The notes under the pieces are model-generated. The model did no database searches and was not told where the DNA came from. It worked only from the letters and a program-made list of their open reading frames with translations. A DNA stretch of 64,000 nucleotides from Nymphaea colorata (Eukaryota), in NCBI RefSeq assembly GCF_008831285.2, contig NC_045138.2:30132001-30196000 (forward strand). Direction: 5' to 3'. A program made the position numbers and the translations under genes. This document shows, one piece after another, positions 1 through 12,375 of this stretch (positions are counted from its first letter, which is position 1; each line of letters starts with the position of its first letter).

Positions 1-1696
1 TTTGCTCCATTTACAGTTTAGATCATTGGATGTCAATGCAGTTTGACTGAATTGCACTATTTGGTTCTTGAGTTTGGTTCTTGACTTTTCCCTTAGAAAA
101 ACAAAAAACAAAAAAAGAGGTTCCTTCATAATTCATAGGAAAATGAGTATGCTTCTTCACTCATGAGGACTCTAGTGCTTCAGATTAGACAGAGAGATGC
201 TACTTCAAGGATTTGGTTGCCTCAACTATTAAAGAAGTGGACCAGGATGAAATGTAAAACACAACTAATAATCCATGAACCCATATATACCACTGGTGCC
301 AATCTCTACATCAGTGATCTAAATCAGGATGAAATAAAATCATGCCAGAACTTTTAAAAAAAAAAAAAAAATAGCTAAGGTATGGTGCATATTCAACCAT
401 AATCAACAATAGCAAACTAAATCCCAAATCCCAATCTGTTCCTACTTCTTTTACTTTATAGTTTATACTTTAAGACTTTGCTGACAGTCTACTGTTGCTG
501 ATCGATCTACTGCAAGCTGAAACCTGCAAATTGCGGTGGCTGAACTAAGGGGGAAAAATGAAACATGTTACAACATTTTTTTCTTGAAATGAAAATAGAT
601 GTTTGGCAATGGTTGGGCCTCTGAAGCTGGTAGCCAGAAATGAAAAATATACCCAAGGAAGCAGAAACAAACACCCTTGCTTTGTTATGCATATATTACC
701 ATAATGAAAAATGGATAAGGTTGTCATATACACTAGGAGTCACATTATAATATTATATACAATATTTGTTAATGTATGAAGGGCATGAGTGCAATTTATT
801 TGCAACTCTCAATAAGTTTAGATTATGATTTTATAAACACGGAAATTTTTTTCTCTTCAAAGGAAGCTGACACTTTTTGTTTATCAAGTAGAATGATTAT
901 TTAACTAACTAACACCTACGCTGCATAGTTCCTAAAATTTATAAACTCTACAGAAGCTCTGGATGGTCTTTCAAATTAATTGGATAAGCTTGCTTCCATT
1001 TAGAAGCCTACTTGTGAAGACAAATTTGGCTCAAGTAAACAACAGAATAGTAGCTGTAACAAGAACTTATCTCAAGAGAATTCATATTATTTTGAACTAA
1101 AGAAGAAATACAAGAGACACCAAAAATGGACCTCCCCTTCTAAAACAGACATTTAGGGAGAACACGTATGATGATAATTCTAGCTCATCAGTAAGTAGTT
1201 TAAACTTTAAACTTTAACCTAGAAAAGCCCATATATGTAGAGAAACACCATTGACTAGTGAACCGTGATATGCATCAGATTAAACACCATATTACTCTTT
1301 CATGCTACTAGGAGCTTAACCCCATTAAATTCTGATCAACACTTCCAAGGAGCGCAAAGCAGCATCCCCCCAACGCCCGCCCCCCACCCAAATTCTCATT
1401 TTTTACGTTAGTCCAACTTCAAATGCACAATTCAACAGTGGCCCAACAGGTAGATGCCAAATGATATGATTTTTTAGAAGAATCGTGCTAAAAATTTGAT
1501 ATATGCAAAAGAAAAGTAACAAAGTCAATTCCTGAAATCACAGCAAGGAATAACTACTAGGACTTCGGTTTAATAGAGACAAACAATAGGAAGGGAAGGT
1601 TAATGCTAGAGGAATAACAACGATACAGCACAGAGATCAGGGATAGACAAAGATGATACATAGAGCAAATGTATACATAAAGGGAGAGAGGGTAAC

Positions 1697-2292
1697 CTGC
1701 AAGGTGAACAGTCTATCCTCAAACTGGACTTCTTTAGTCAGAAAATCGGCTCCAATTGTCGCTTTGTACTGGTTGCTAAACTTACGATTAACGTATCTGA
1801 AGAAGCGATCTTAAGCGAAAACCCGTATTTACCAAGTTATCATTTGTCCCAGAGACAGGGACAAAGGAAGGAACTCTAAATCCACAAAACCCAATTTGAG
1901 ATCAAATTAAGAAATCCATAAATACATGAACAGCAAAGAGGAAAGCCTCCCTCGAGAATTGCATCATAAGGACATAATTATATCTCTAGATTTAAGGATA
2001 CTGGTTCATCAGAGACGTCTTACCAACCCTGCAGTAGATCAAGACGATGGATCAGACAACCCAGAAAACAAATGTTTCCCTTTCATAGCGGCCAAAACTA
2101 ACAACAGCAAAGAGAACCAACTCCAGAAGAAGATAGTAATCCAATCCCCCACAAAAGAATAAAACAAAAAAAGCCATAGAGAGGCATCAAAATCGCAATC
2201 AGAGAGGGGGGAGAGAGAGAGAGAGAGAGAGATGGGCACCCGCTATCGCCGAGGATGATGACCTTGAGGAGCATGCGCCTTCTCGCAGACAT
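1697..2292 (-). CDS. RABG3: Rab7/RabG3-family small GTPase, 5' part only (exons 1-3; rest lies left of the window)
   Basis: Exons 2292-2240 ([18 protein letters not shown]), 2028-2002 (VGKTSLMNQ) and 1796-1697 ([33 protein letters not shown]) join in frame across GT..AG junctions. P-loop GDSGVGKT and the Rab7 effector motif YKATIGADF are present. The WDTAGQE exon is not seen in 1-1696. Confidence 0.95.
1797..2001 (-). other. U12-type (minor spliceosome) GT-AG intron, Rab7 intron 2
   Basis: Donor reads GTATCCTT (U12 consensus RTATCCTT). Branch-like TTCGCTTAAG (1819-1810) lies about 15 nt before the CAG acceptor, with no long polypyrimidine tract. Confidence 0.8.
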
Positions 2293-4236
2293 CCTGCTTC
2301 TTCCACCTCCACCACCAAAGGAGAGTGACTGCCCACAAAAGAAGAAGGTCCAATGCTCACAACCCACAAGCTAGGAAGACCGACCTTCTCTTTCTCTCTC
2401 TAAACAGCAAGGACCGGAAGCGGCTCTCTCTCTCTTTCTCTAGACTTCCCCCTTTCCCTTATAATGAGTAAATGAATTTAACGTATCATTAGGATCATCA
2501 CATATTTCAGGAAGTTCATTAGAAATTTACGTTATTGAAAACAGTATTATTCTGCTTCCTTGAGCTATTTGAGATGACAATAAGAATCATAAACTCAGTG
2601 AAGATTTATTTTCAGTTACGCTTGCTGCCACTCTCATCTTTCCACCATCCATGTATAAATGTACCTGGATGATGATGGCGATGCTGATGGGTGGTGGAAG
2701 GCAGCAAAGCTGCAAAACCATAAATGCTCACAGTTGTGCAAGTTTTTCCTTTTTTCCCTCCAATTCAACATCTAATAATCTCCCTCGTAATATTCTTAAA
2801 GTTAGAACGAGCAGAACCTTTAAACGAAAAGAGGTTTAATAATATCTTGGTACAGCTTAGTTGTGGCTAATTTTATTGAAAAAACACAAGCTAAAAGGTT
2901 GAAATACAACCAGTATAGTCAAAATTACATGAAGAACAGGTTGTCCAAAGGGGTCACATGGGAATCACAAGTTTCTGCAGAAGTGCCCTCCCAGTCACAT
3001 GCCGTTCAGCTACCATTCTTCCTTCAACGTGGTATTCTTCTTGTAATAACAAGGGTTGTTGAAGTGCTTCTTGTTGGGTTTTTTTTTTTTCTTACTTTTA
3101 TTTATTTATTTGTTTATTCATTTATTTCTAAGTAATTAAGATGAGTATTTTATCTTACTGTTCGAGAGCCGGAACCTTCATCATTTCTCTCATTCCCATT
3201 GTACCGTTCCATGTCTCAACTTGCATAATGTTTTCGCTTTCTTAACACAAGGAATTGAAGCTACATGAACATGAAAGGCAAACAAGCAACCAGCTTTCAT
3301 CCAATCCATTATACCAACCACCTTAAGGATTTTTTGTTTTTTTTTTTTGGAGATCAAGGAAGCAAGTATAGCACATAGAACTTGAAGGGTTTCCCTTTTG
3401 GTATTTTTATTTTTCTCATAACGCCCATCTTATCAAATATTTTTCCTACTGGTCCTTTTTATTTGAATTTTCTAAACTCAGTTTTTTTTTTTGAGTTTTT
3501 CCACTAACCTAAGATAAAAGGTCAACATGAGTTTGGCTGATCGAGAAAAGGGACAATTTTATGGCTTTTTGTGTAAGGTGATCAGATTTTTTTTTAAATG
3601 ATACTCATGTCAAAAGTTAGCAAACTAATTCTTTTGACTTGTGGATAGAATTTTATAGACCAGAAAAGTTGGGTTTTTGATTTTTTAAATCCTTATAATT
3701 CATATTTACAATATAAAGATCAATAATATTTGGTTACTTATGTGAAAAATATTCATCTGATTTATAGTTCATTTTCAATACCATCTGTCTCTTTCAGTCC
3801 ATGCCCAAGGTCGACCATGAGTAAGGGTAAAAAATATTCTTGTTTGACTCAGTTTAAAAGACTTCGTTATTCAACTTAACGACTTTGGATTCCCCAAGTT
3901 ACGGAAAAGCAGAAGAAGGGTCTGGAAAGCTTGAAAAGAGAATGATGAATTAAATATAGTGAAAATATTTATAAATAGTTGCTCAACTGTTGACATGTTT
4001 ATAGTAAAGATGTAATGTTCCAGATTGTAGGAATAAAATATATAGGGAAATTGAAATCTGCCGACTGCCCGATTTTATCGAACTGCGAAGGTATACAGTT
4101 GAGAAATTCACTTTGTTGTTATTTTTGGATTTAAAACGCCAATGTTTGCTTAGACCTAAGAAGAAAATGAACCAAATGTCAACGAGGATGTTTGATTCAC
4201 CACCCTTCAGATCTTCAGTTGTTTGTGACTGGTGAA

Positions 4237-4600
4237 TAGGGATGTCAATTGATCAGATTCGAATCAGATGTATATTTTATAATATCATATTCAGATTCGA
4301 ATTTAGATGAAGAAACATATATACCACATCCAAATCCAAAGTTTGAATTCATAATCTGAATTTTGTCCGAACCCGATTTTTGAATTAACATCTGCATCCA
4401 AATCCGATTTTTAAACTGAATCCAAACTATATTATAGATATCGAGCATATGATATTTGTTTAAAACTATATCTGATCCGAATTTGAATCCGGTCAACATT
4501 TACTTAAATCTGAATCCAATTTTTTTTTATATCCAATTTGGTTTATGTGGTTCGGTCGGATATCAACTATCATATCTAATCGGATTTTTTGACATTTCTA
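4237..4600. mobile_element. Non-autonomous hAT-like MITE (364 bp)
   Basis: TIRs TAGGGATGTCAA ... TTGACATTTCTA. 8-bp flanks CTGGTGAA (4229-4236) and TTGGTGAA (4601-4608) differ at 1 position. Interior is rich in ATCCGA/TCGGAT-type subterminal repeats. Confidence 0.8.
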
Positions 4601-4973
4601 TTGGTGAAATGGTAAAAAAGATCACCGATCAATCTCTGCTCTCCATTGCTCGAACAGATAGCGCCAGATGATGCCGTTCGATTTTTGGGTGCCGCTATTT
4701 TTCATACCGTTGTCCTTGTAAATTTTATTATTTTAACATAACTTTAGATTTCAAAACTATGGATTTAAGATCTTCATTATTTATCAAATCTATTTCTAGT
4801 TTATGCAAAAAGGGTCTGACTTAAGATTCACAGACCAAAAATGCAGGAATTACAAATTCATGTTGTAATCCATGTTTCTGTCAAACGAAGACAGAAGGTT
4901 TCTGTTAAAAATCAATGATCTGAAATGTTGGGTCTAAGATTCCTAATACTCGGACAATACTTGAAGTAATCAA

Positions 4974-5012
<39 letters not shown>

Positions 5013-6394
5013 TGATTTCTTAATAAAGACTTCACACAATTTTTTTTTTATTAAAGCTGATGTCAGATATTGAATTCTGGTTACAATGTGACATGCTTGA
5101 ATTTCACAAGGAAAAAAAAAGAACAAATGTTCTGTCAACTTAGTATATTTACTCTAATTCACAAAGAAGTAGCTTTTGAAATGACAGGAAAAGATCTCCA
5201 GTCTATATCGAATTGAAAAAAATTGGTGTTCCAAATGGCAAGGTAAAATAAGGATATCAAAGATCAGATTTGGATTGGATATGCTATTAGCATGTCCAAT
5301 TGTTCGCATATTGCTCGATTTGACATGGAAATGTTTTTCAATTGGAGTGTGTACAATATAAAATTAAATGGGAACTTACACATGTAGCCAGAGTTAGGTT
5401 GCTGGTGACAAAATCAGATATCTATCAGATATAAAAGAAAAGCTATACAATATATGCATCTGATATTTTATATGAAAGAAATGTTTTGCATTCAAAATAA
5501 ATTCCTTTAAGTGAACGTACTTGAGGAAAACCAAATTGAAGTTTTCTCTTTCTTGTGGGCGCCAAGGATTGAAAACTTTTCCTTGAAAAGTATATTAAAC
5601 AGAGGTCTTTGTTTTTCCTGTTTTCTTTAGATTGAAATAGAGAAGCTGGAGTTGGGCAGACACCAAATTTTTCTAACGGAGATATGGAGGAGCTAGGCAA
5701 GTGCCTATCAGATTATGCCAACAAGGATGCATTGAATCTTATTCAATTTGAAAGTCTTTTTAATTCTTAACTACGGCTCAGAATGTGCTAGGACAGGAGA
5801 CGATCTATCAGGCGAGAAATAATATGGCTCTGCCAACTGCATTCACGCAGACCCTATACATCTTCCCCTGTTGACGTTTAAAAAGAGTGCCCCAACAACC
5901 TGTTACCAGCTTCCTCTTGCTCTTCTTCTCGTCTGCTGTGAGTTTCAAAATAAAGAAGATGGCCGCCTCCTAATGTTTATAGGCTTTTAGGACTTGAATG
6001 CTTACATGGTTAAGGAAAGGGATTCCTTTACTCGCTCTACGTGGAGGCTTTCCAGAACTGCTAAAAGAATGCTGAAGCCAAAACATAAATTTGTCACCTG
6101 TAACTTGTTTCAGAGATCCGATTACTTACAGAGAATGAAGAAAGTTTTCACAATTCAAAAGGGATGTGTGGAGACTAGGAAGAAGTAGCAGTACAAAAGA
6201 ATACATGCAAAATTTGTTCGTTTGGATGATTCAATAACCAATAGAAAGGAAAGCATAACGAAACTTTGACTTCAGACCATCTTTTTCCATACGCTTGATT
6301 CTAATAAATACCACAATAAAGGTAAAAGAGAAGAATAATAAAGGCAGAAGAGAAAAGACTGAAGAATTTACGTGGCATGGACACTGGACAGCCA

Positions 6395-9300
6395 TCAGCG
6401 AGATTCAGCATCATTGGCTTTCTCTATTACGTCACTTGCTCTCTTCCTCTTCTCCATCTCCAACTCTCGAGTTTGCTGGCCTTCGCTGCTCGATATTGAT
6501 CCACTTAGCCCGTATTCGCTGGTTGGCATGCTTTGTCCGCTGGTGCCATACTCCTGGCTTCCTAGTGCCATTCTCCTGAAATTCTTCATATCTTCGTTAT
6601 ACTGGCTTGAGTCGTATTCAGAACTCCCATAGCTGTAAACTGTGCTGTGTCCGGGCCTAACTCCTTCATTCAGGTCTTCAAGAGAGACACCACCTTCCAA
6701 GGCTCTGACGATCTGATTCCATTCATGTTGCAGTAAGAGGAACACAAGCATACATGTTATTGTTATGAATGGGAAAAATGAGGAAGTTTAGTTTTCCTTC
6801 ATAAGAAGAATATAATGCACTCTAATATGTAGACATACAAGGCAACTGCAGTTACCTGACTCATTCGGGGCCTTCGCCTTGCCGAATGCCTTACAGCTGC
6901 TGCTGCACAGGCAACCATTCGTGCCATCTCATTGTGGTTATAATCATTCTGCAACTTTGGGTCGACAAGTGCATCATAGTTTCCATCCTCGAGCGCTCGT
7001 GTAAGTAAAGGCCTTGCCTGAAAAAGAGGGAAGGTTTTTCGTTTAGTATGGTGATGATCACAATCAAATATGAGGATTGGCAATATGTTGTGCTAACCCA
7101 GTCCACCAAGCTATCTTCCACGAAAGAAGGAGAACTATCAACAGGTCTACGCCCGGTAATCAGCTCCAAGAGCATCACACCAAAGGAAAATACGTCAGAC
7201 TTTTCAGTGAGTTTTCCACTGGAAGCATATTCTGGGGCAAGGTACCTGCCAAACAAGAATGCAAATGTATAAATACAAAAGTAAGATAAGATGAATTTTA
7301 CCTTTGGCTAAGATACAACTGACCACTGCACAGCTTGACTTTTTGTTCAATAGTGCTAACAATAGAAAGTTCAGAGCAAAAATATCATCCACTATTGACT
7401 ACAGATGCTGGAGCAAATATAAATTTGGAAAAGATTGCTCGACATCTTAGACAGGCTAGTTTGCACTTCACTTGGTCCTTTCATGTTCATGTTGGTATAT
7501 TAAACTCAATAAAGACGATTCAATATCTGAAACAAATAAAATGGTATCAACCTTATGGTGGTGTCTAGTTTGAGTGCCAGTATATTACCCGAAAGTTCCC
7601 ATCACTCGAGTGGAAACATGCGTTTTAGTATCAGAAGAAAGTTTTGCAAGCCCAAAATCAGCAACCTAAAAGAGGAGAAAAGGGAAGAGAAACAAGTCAT
7701 GGTGTTGACATTAGCAGAATGAAAAAGTTGAAGCAAAATTTCTATAACAAGAAGTTCAGAAAACTAATTGTTATTCTCAAAGGAGTACATGTAAACAACT
7801 GGAATTTCATGTGCCACATAATGTAGGAAAGGAAATTCCTGTCTCTTTTTTCTGCATTGCCATGTAATACATGAAAGAAACCTCGTTGACATATGTACTA
7901 AAAGACCACACAGTGGTCAAGAGGCTGCAGGAGTTACAAGCAATATTATTAATAAAAAAATCTAGAAAAGATATCAAGGAACTGACCTTGGCTTCAAAAT
8001 TGTAATCAAGGAGTATGTTTGATGCCTTAATGTCACGATGTATTATACGAGGATGACCTGAGTAGAAAATAATTTCTTAGACAACCAGCAACCATTTTCC
8101 AACAATTCTACTGACAGAAATAACCTGTGGCAGTTATGTTCTAGCTGATTTATTTATTGAAATAAAGAACTTACAGTCCTCGTGAAGATAAGCAAGTCCT
8201 TTAGCTGACCCAAATGCAATTTTTAAACGTGTTGGCCAATCCATGGTTGGTCTTCCCTTTGCTGCAGCAACCACAATAACAAGCATTGACAACAAGTCTA
8301 ATTGAAGTACAAAACTTGGTTTTGCAGGAAAACAAACTATTATATCGTCTTGAATGGGCATGGCAATTAAGTTCAGATTTTAGACACTAATACATCGTCT
8401 ATTGTCTAACGTTGTTTGATGAGAAAGATAGAAATATCAAATATAGAAGATAATGAGACAAATTGCACGAAATTTTGATTTTCATCGACCCATTCCCTAT
8501 TTCTGATGCTAAACTGAAGACGGGTTTTATTCCTTCATATGTCATTCCATTTACTTCATTTTGCTCCTGGCTTAGATAAAGAATCAACACCAACTAGCAA
8601 CGAACAAGGCCACTGAACATCAACTAAGGAAATATTTGCCAAGGGGAAAAACTTACCGTGCAAATGGAATTCAAGTGTGTTGTTGGGAACAAATTCATAT
8701 ACAAGCATCCTTTGGCTTCCGGTTATACAGTAACCAACTAAAGAAACTAGATGCCTATGATGTACTCGGCTAATTATCTCCACCTCTGCCTGGAATTCAC
8801 GCTCACCCTGTCCACTGCCAGATTTCAACTGTTTGACAGCAACTTCGGTGCCATTGGGAAGGATTCCTTTGTGAACATATCCAAAACCACCTTGGCCGAG
8901 AAGGTTAGATGACGCGAACCCATTTGTTGCAATTGCTAATTCCTCGTATGTAAAGGTGCTCTGCATACCCAGTGAAAGGGCAGGTGATGGTGGAGGGAGC
9001 AGCACATCCGATCCTGAGAATGTGGAACTAGAAGCCCCTCCACTGCTGAACACAGGTGCCGGTGGAGCTGGAGGTTGTGGTGGCCGTGAAGGAAATGGTG
9101 GAGGAGGTGAAGGAGGATGGTGAATCTTGACCACATTGTCTGAAGGAGGTGGGGCTGCATTCTGCCAACTTTGAGCGTATGCACCGTAAGGATCGACTGC
9201 ACATGATGCATAAAAAACATTAAACACGCATTTCTGAATGGAAGAAGACAACCAACAAGCTAAATCTTCCACTGTCAAAGAAAGGACATGAGAAATTTTA

Positions 9301-10790
9301 TGTAAATTCACAATGTAGAATAACTAAAATTCATGAAACGCGTGCAAAAATAATGAAACATACGAGCAAAAATCTGGAGTTATAAAGCCTCCACTAACAG
9401 AATGAAGAAGAACAGGGCAATTCAAATGGTTGAACTGCAAATATATATTCAGATAGTGGTCATGAACGGCTATACTCTAGTCTCTTCTAGTCTACGAGAT
9501 TGGACATTAATGTCTTCAAATTGACATATCAAAGCACTTCTGTTCCGGCATCCTGAGAACAAAAATGCTTTCCCAAATCAGATTTTTTCTTTCAGTCGAT
9601 CGAAATGCCCTACTATTTTCCAGTAGAACTGAAAAATACAAACACAATTTTCATAGCAATCATCCAACAAAAACAATTCACCAGGGAATTTCCCAATCCA
9701 CCGTCCTAGTAAAACTAGCGTCATCACATCCTAAAGCCCACATCTAATTCAGGAACCACATAAATTCCGTTAATGTGCAAGGCAGGTAAGAGACTTAAAT
9801 ACCCAACAACAAAAACCAGGCATCTCTACCGTCAATTCGACCTAAACAACATTTGAAGTCTGTATCTGCCCAACGCAACACTAGTTCTATGCCATCATTC
9901 AAGAGGGAAAGATTAACAAGTGTCCAATTGATGCCTCTGAAAAACCAGAGGCACTAAACTGGCGAATTCTGGACAAAATTAACATTTATGAACTGCTTGG
10001 ATTGATGAAATGCTCATCAACTCAAGCACCCGCGATCGAAGTAAACAGAGAGACAAAGAGAGAAGGAAAAACTGCGGCTTCTCCTTTTTATGTCTGAACG
10101 CAGACTTCCCAAGAAGGTATAGCAGAAGATGAAGGACGTGATAGCAAAACCTTTGGGTGGATATGGTGGTTGAGGTTGATGCATTGGCGGTGGCGGCGGC
10201 CGGCCGTAGCTGTCCCAGTCACCGTTACGCCGCTTCTTCTTCCTTAAGCAGAAGAAAAGAATTACGAGGAACAGCACAACAGCTACGCCAGCAATCGCAA
10301 CTCCGACAATCAGGCCAGATGACACCGATGAGGAGGACGCCGAAGAAGATGACGGAGGAGAAGGCGAAGATGGAGGAGGTGGCGGCGGTGGAGGTGAGGA
10401 AGACGGGACAGCAGGCGGTGGAGGCGAGGAAGAGGGGGTGGCAGGTGGCGGAGGCGAGGAAGAGGGTGTGGCAGGTGGCGGAGGCGAGGAAGAGGGGGTG
10501 GCAGGAGGCGGAGGCGAGGAAGAGGGGGTGGCAGGAGGCGGAGGCGAGGAAGAGGGGGTGGCAGGTGGCGGAGGCGAGGAAGAGGGAGCAGGGGTGGAAG
10601 GCGGAGGAGGAGCAGGGCTGGAAGGCGGAGGAGAACTGGGTGGTGGGGGAGAAGAGCTGGGTGGCGGGGTGCTGGAAGGCGTAGGCGGCGAGGCGGAAGG
10701 GGGCGGCGGAGGGGAGGACGTAGAGTTGGATGGCGCAGGTGCAGTAGAGTTGGGAGGAGGTGGAGAAGAGACAGGCGCCGGACTCGCCAT
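6395..10790 (-). CDS. PERK: Proline-rich extensin-like receptor kinase (PERK family), about 680 aa, 8 exons
   Basis: Exons 10790-10151, 9196-8657, 8261-8175, 8057-7987, 7665-7589, 7245-7098, 7017-6856 and 6712-6395, all GT-AG and in frame. Ser-Pro-rich N-terminus without signal peptide, then a TM segment ([29 protein letters not shown]). Intact kinase motifs [23 protein letters not shown] and GTFGYLAPE. Confidence 0.95.
10411..10590 (-). repeat. Coding 30-bp minisatellite (about 6 units, [10 protein letters not shown]) in PERK exon 1
   Basis: Near-identical units GCAGGTGGCGGAGGCGAGGAAGAGGGGGTG on the + strand. Confidence 0.9.
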
Positions 10791-10993
10791 TCCTACACAA
10801 GTTTTAGGCCGTTTTGGCCAGAATTCTCAAATGGTTCCGGCGACCGGCGGGATATATCCGACGGTTGCTCGCCTCGCTGCTTCGTTCCTTCCCGTCAATA
10901 ACGGCAGGCTGCGACTGTGAGCTGAAAGCCCGAGGATGAAAGAGGAAGAAAGGGAGAGAACCGAGGCGATTCATTGACTTAGCAATGCGACCG

Positions 10994-11075
10994 CACTGGG
11001 TCCCACTACGGCCGAGCGAAACGGGAAGGCAAGAGCAGTGGGCCCGCCTTTAGAGGCCCCCACTGGGTCCCACTT
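10994..11075. promoter_or_regulatory. Cluster of TCP-type GGNCCCAC motifs upstream of PERK
   Basis: CACTGGGTCCCACT occurs twice (about 10994 and 11061) with GTGGGCCC between them (about 11038), 200-290 bp upstream of the PERK ATG. Confidence 0.4.
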
Positions 11076-11727
11076 GGACGACCATCTCTCCCCCTGATTT
11101 TGCGGTTGAGTTTTAAGTAAATATAAAAATTACATAAATACTGCCTTATATAAAAACTTTTAATTTGAGAAGATACTCGCCATTTATGCCACATAATTAA
11201 AAAGGAAAAATATTTATTAATTAACCCGTCAATATCACGGAAAGAATTTTTACTTTTTAAAATAAAGCAATGGCTATTTAAAAATTTTATCAATTGGGCA
11301 AACGTCGAAGTGGATGACCATGTCACTTCGGTTGTAGCGCATGTTTGAATCCGATACCTTGAGATAATATTTTTCGGCATATAAATCACTCCTCCTTGCA
11401 CATCCAACTAAGCCCGAGACTAATTCTTTCTGATCTTTTTCACCGAGCTACATTTCATCGCCTCGTATAAGGCAACTCGAGATTCGTGCACGGTTCTTGG
11501 GTGCAAGATGGATTTGAAAACCGTGTTTGTTTTGACGGGGGATCTGACTGACTGACTGAACGTCCGTCTCTAGTTTTGGCGGTTCAAACACGGACGGTCT
11601 TGAAAGGAAATTGTGGGCAGATAAGGAAGTGAATCTACTTTTGTCTTCCTCCCGGCCGCCTGTTCTGTCGTATCCAGGACGAATGACAAAGACTGCCGCA
11701 CCCGCTGCCGTTCTAGAATAGAAGGGT

Positions 11728-11758
<31 letters not shown>

Positions 11759-12310
11759 CTCTATTATATATATATATATATATGCGCGTGTCTGTATTGT
11801 ATAATATAATGAGTTCAAATCTGAAATACGCATATATGATTACAGATTTAGAATCTATCATTCAAACACAAGGACACATGATGGATTTGAAATCCTTTAC
11901 ACAAAAGGTTAGCTTAACATATTTTATCATATATATATAAAAGAAAATTAAAATCAGTAAGCTACTTTTATTATCTAATGGTTATTTTTTTTATTTTGTA
12001 TTATTAAAACGATATATATAAGTTAGTAAAAACCTAACCTTTTGATTTTGACTTTTAAAGAATGTTTTTTTACAATCTAACCTTATTGATATGATCTTTA
12101 AGAGTGCGTGGATGCAAGACATATTAAGTTGTCCATTTGTTAGACTTTAATGATGTTTTTATAATAAGAAAAAATGAACTGCCCTCATGACATGATAAAA
12201 AAATCAACATTTTTCATTAAAATAGTCTTCATAAACATAAGAAAATGTTTATAGTGGATTTAAAATAGTTTTCGAACAAAAAAAATCAATGGGTATTTTT
12301 TTTATCAACT

Positions 12311-12314
<4 letters not shown>

Positions 12315-12372
<58 letters not shown>
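12315..12372. repeat. (AT)n microsatellite
   Basis: Uninterrupted AT run of about 58 bp. Confidence 0.95.

Positions 12373-12375
<3 letters not shown>

Noticed and set aside
10157..10920. Long alternative-frame and antisense ORFs over PERK exon 1 (175, 191 and 160 aa)
   Set aside because: Shadows of the GC-rich 30-bp coding repeat, which lacks stop codons in other frames.
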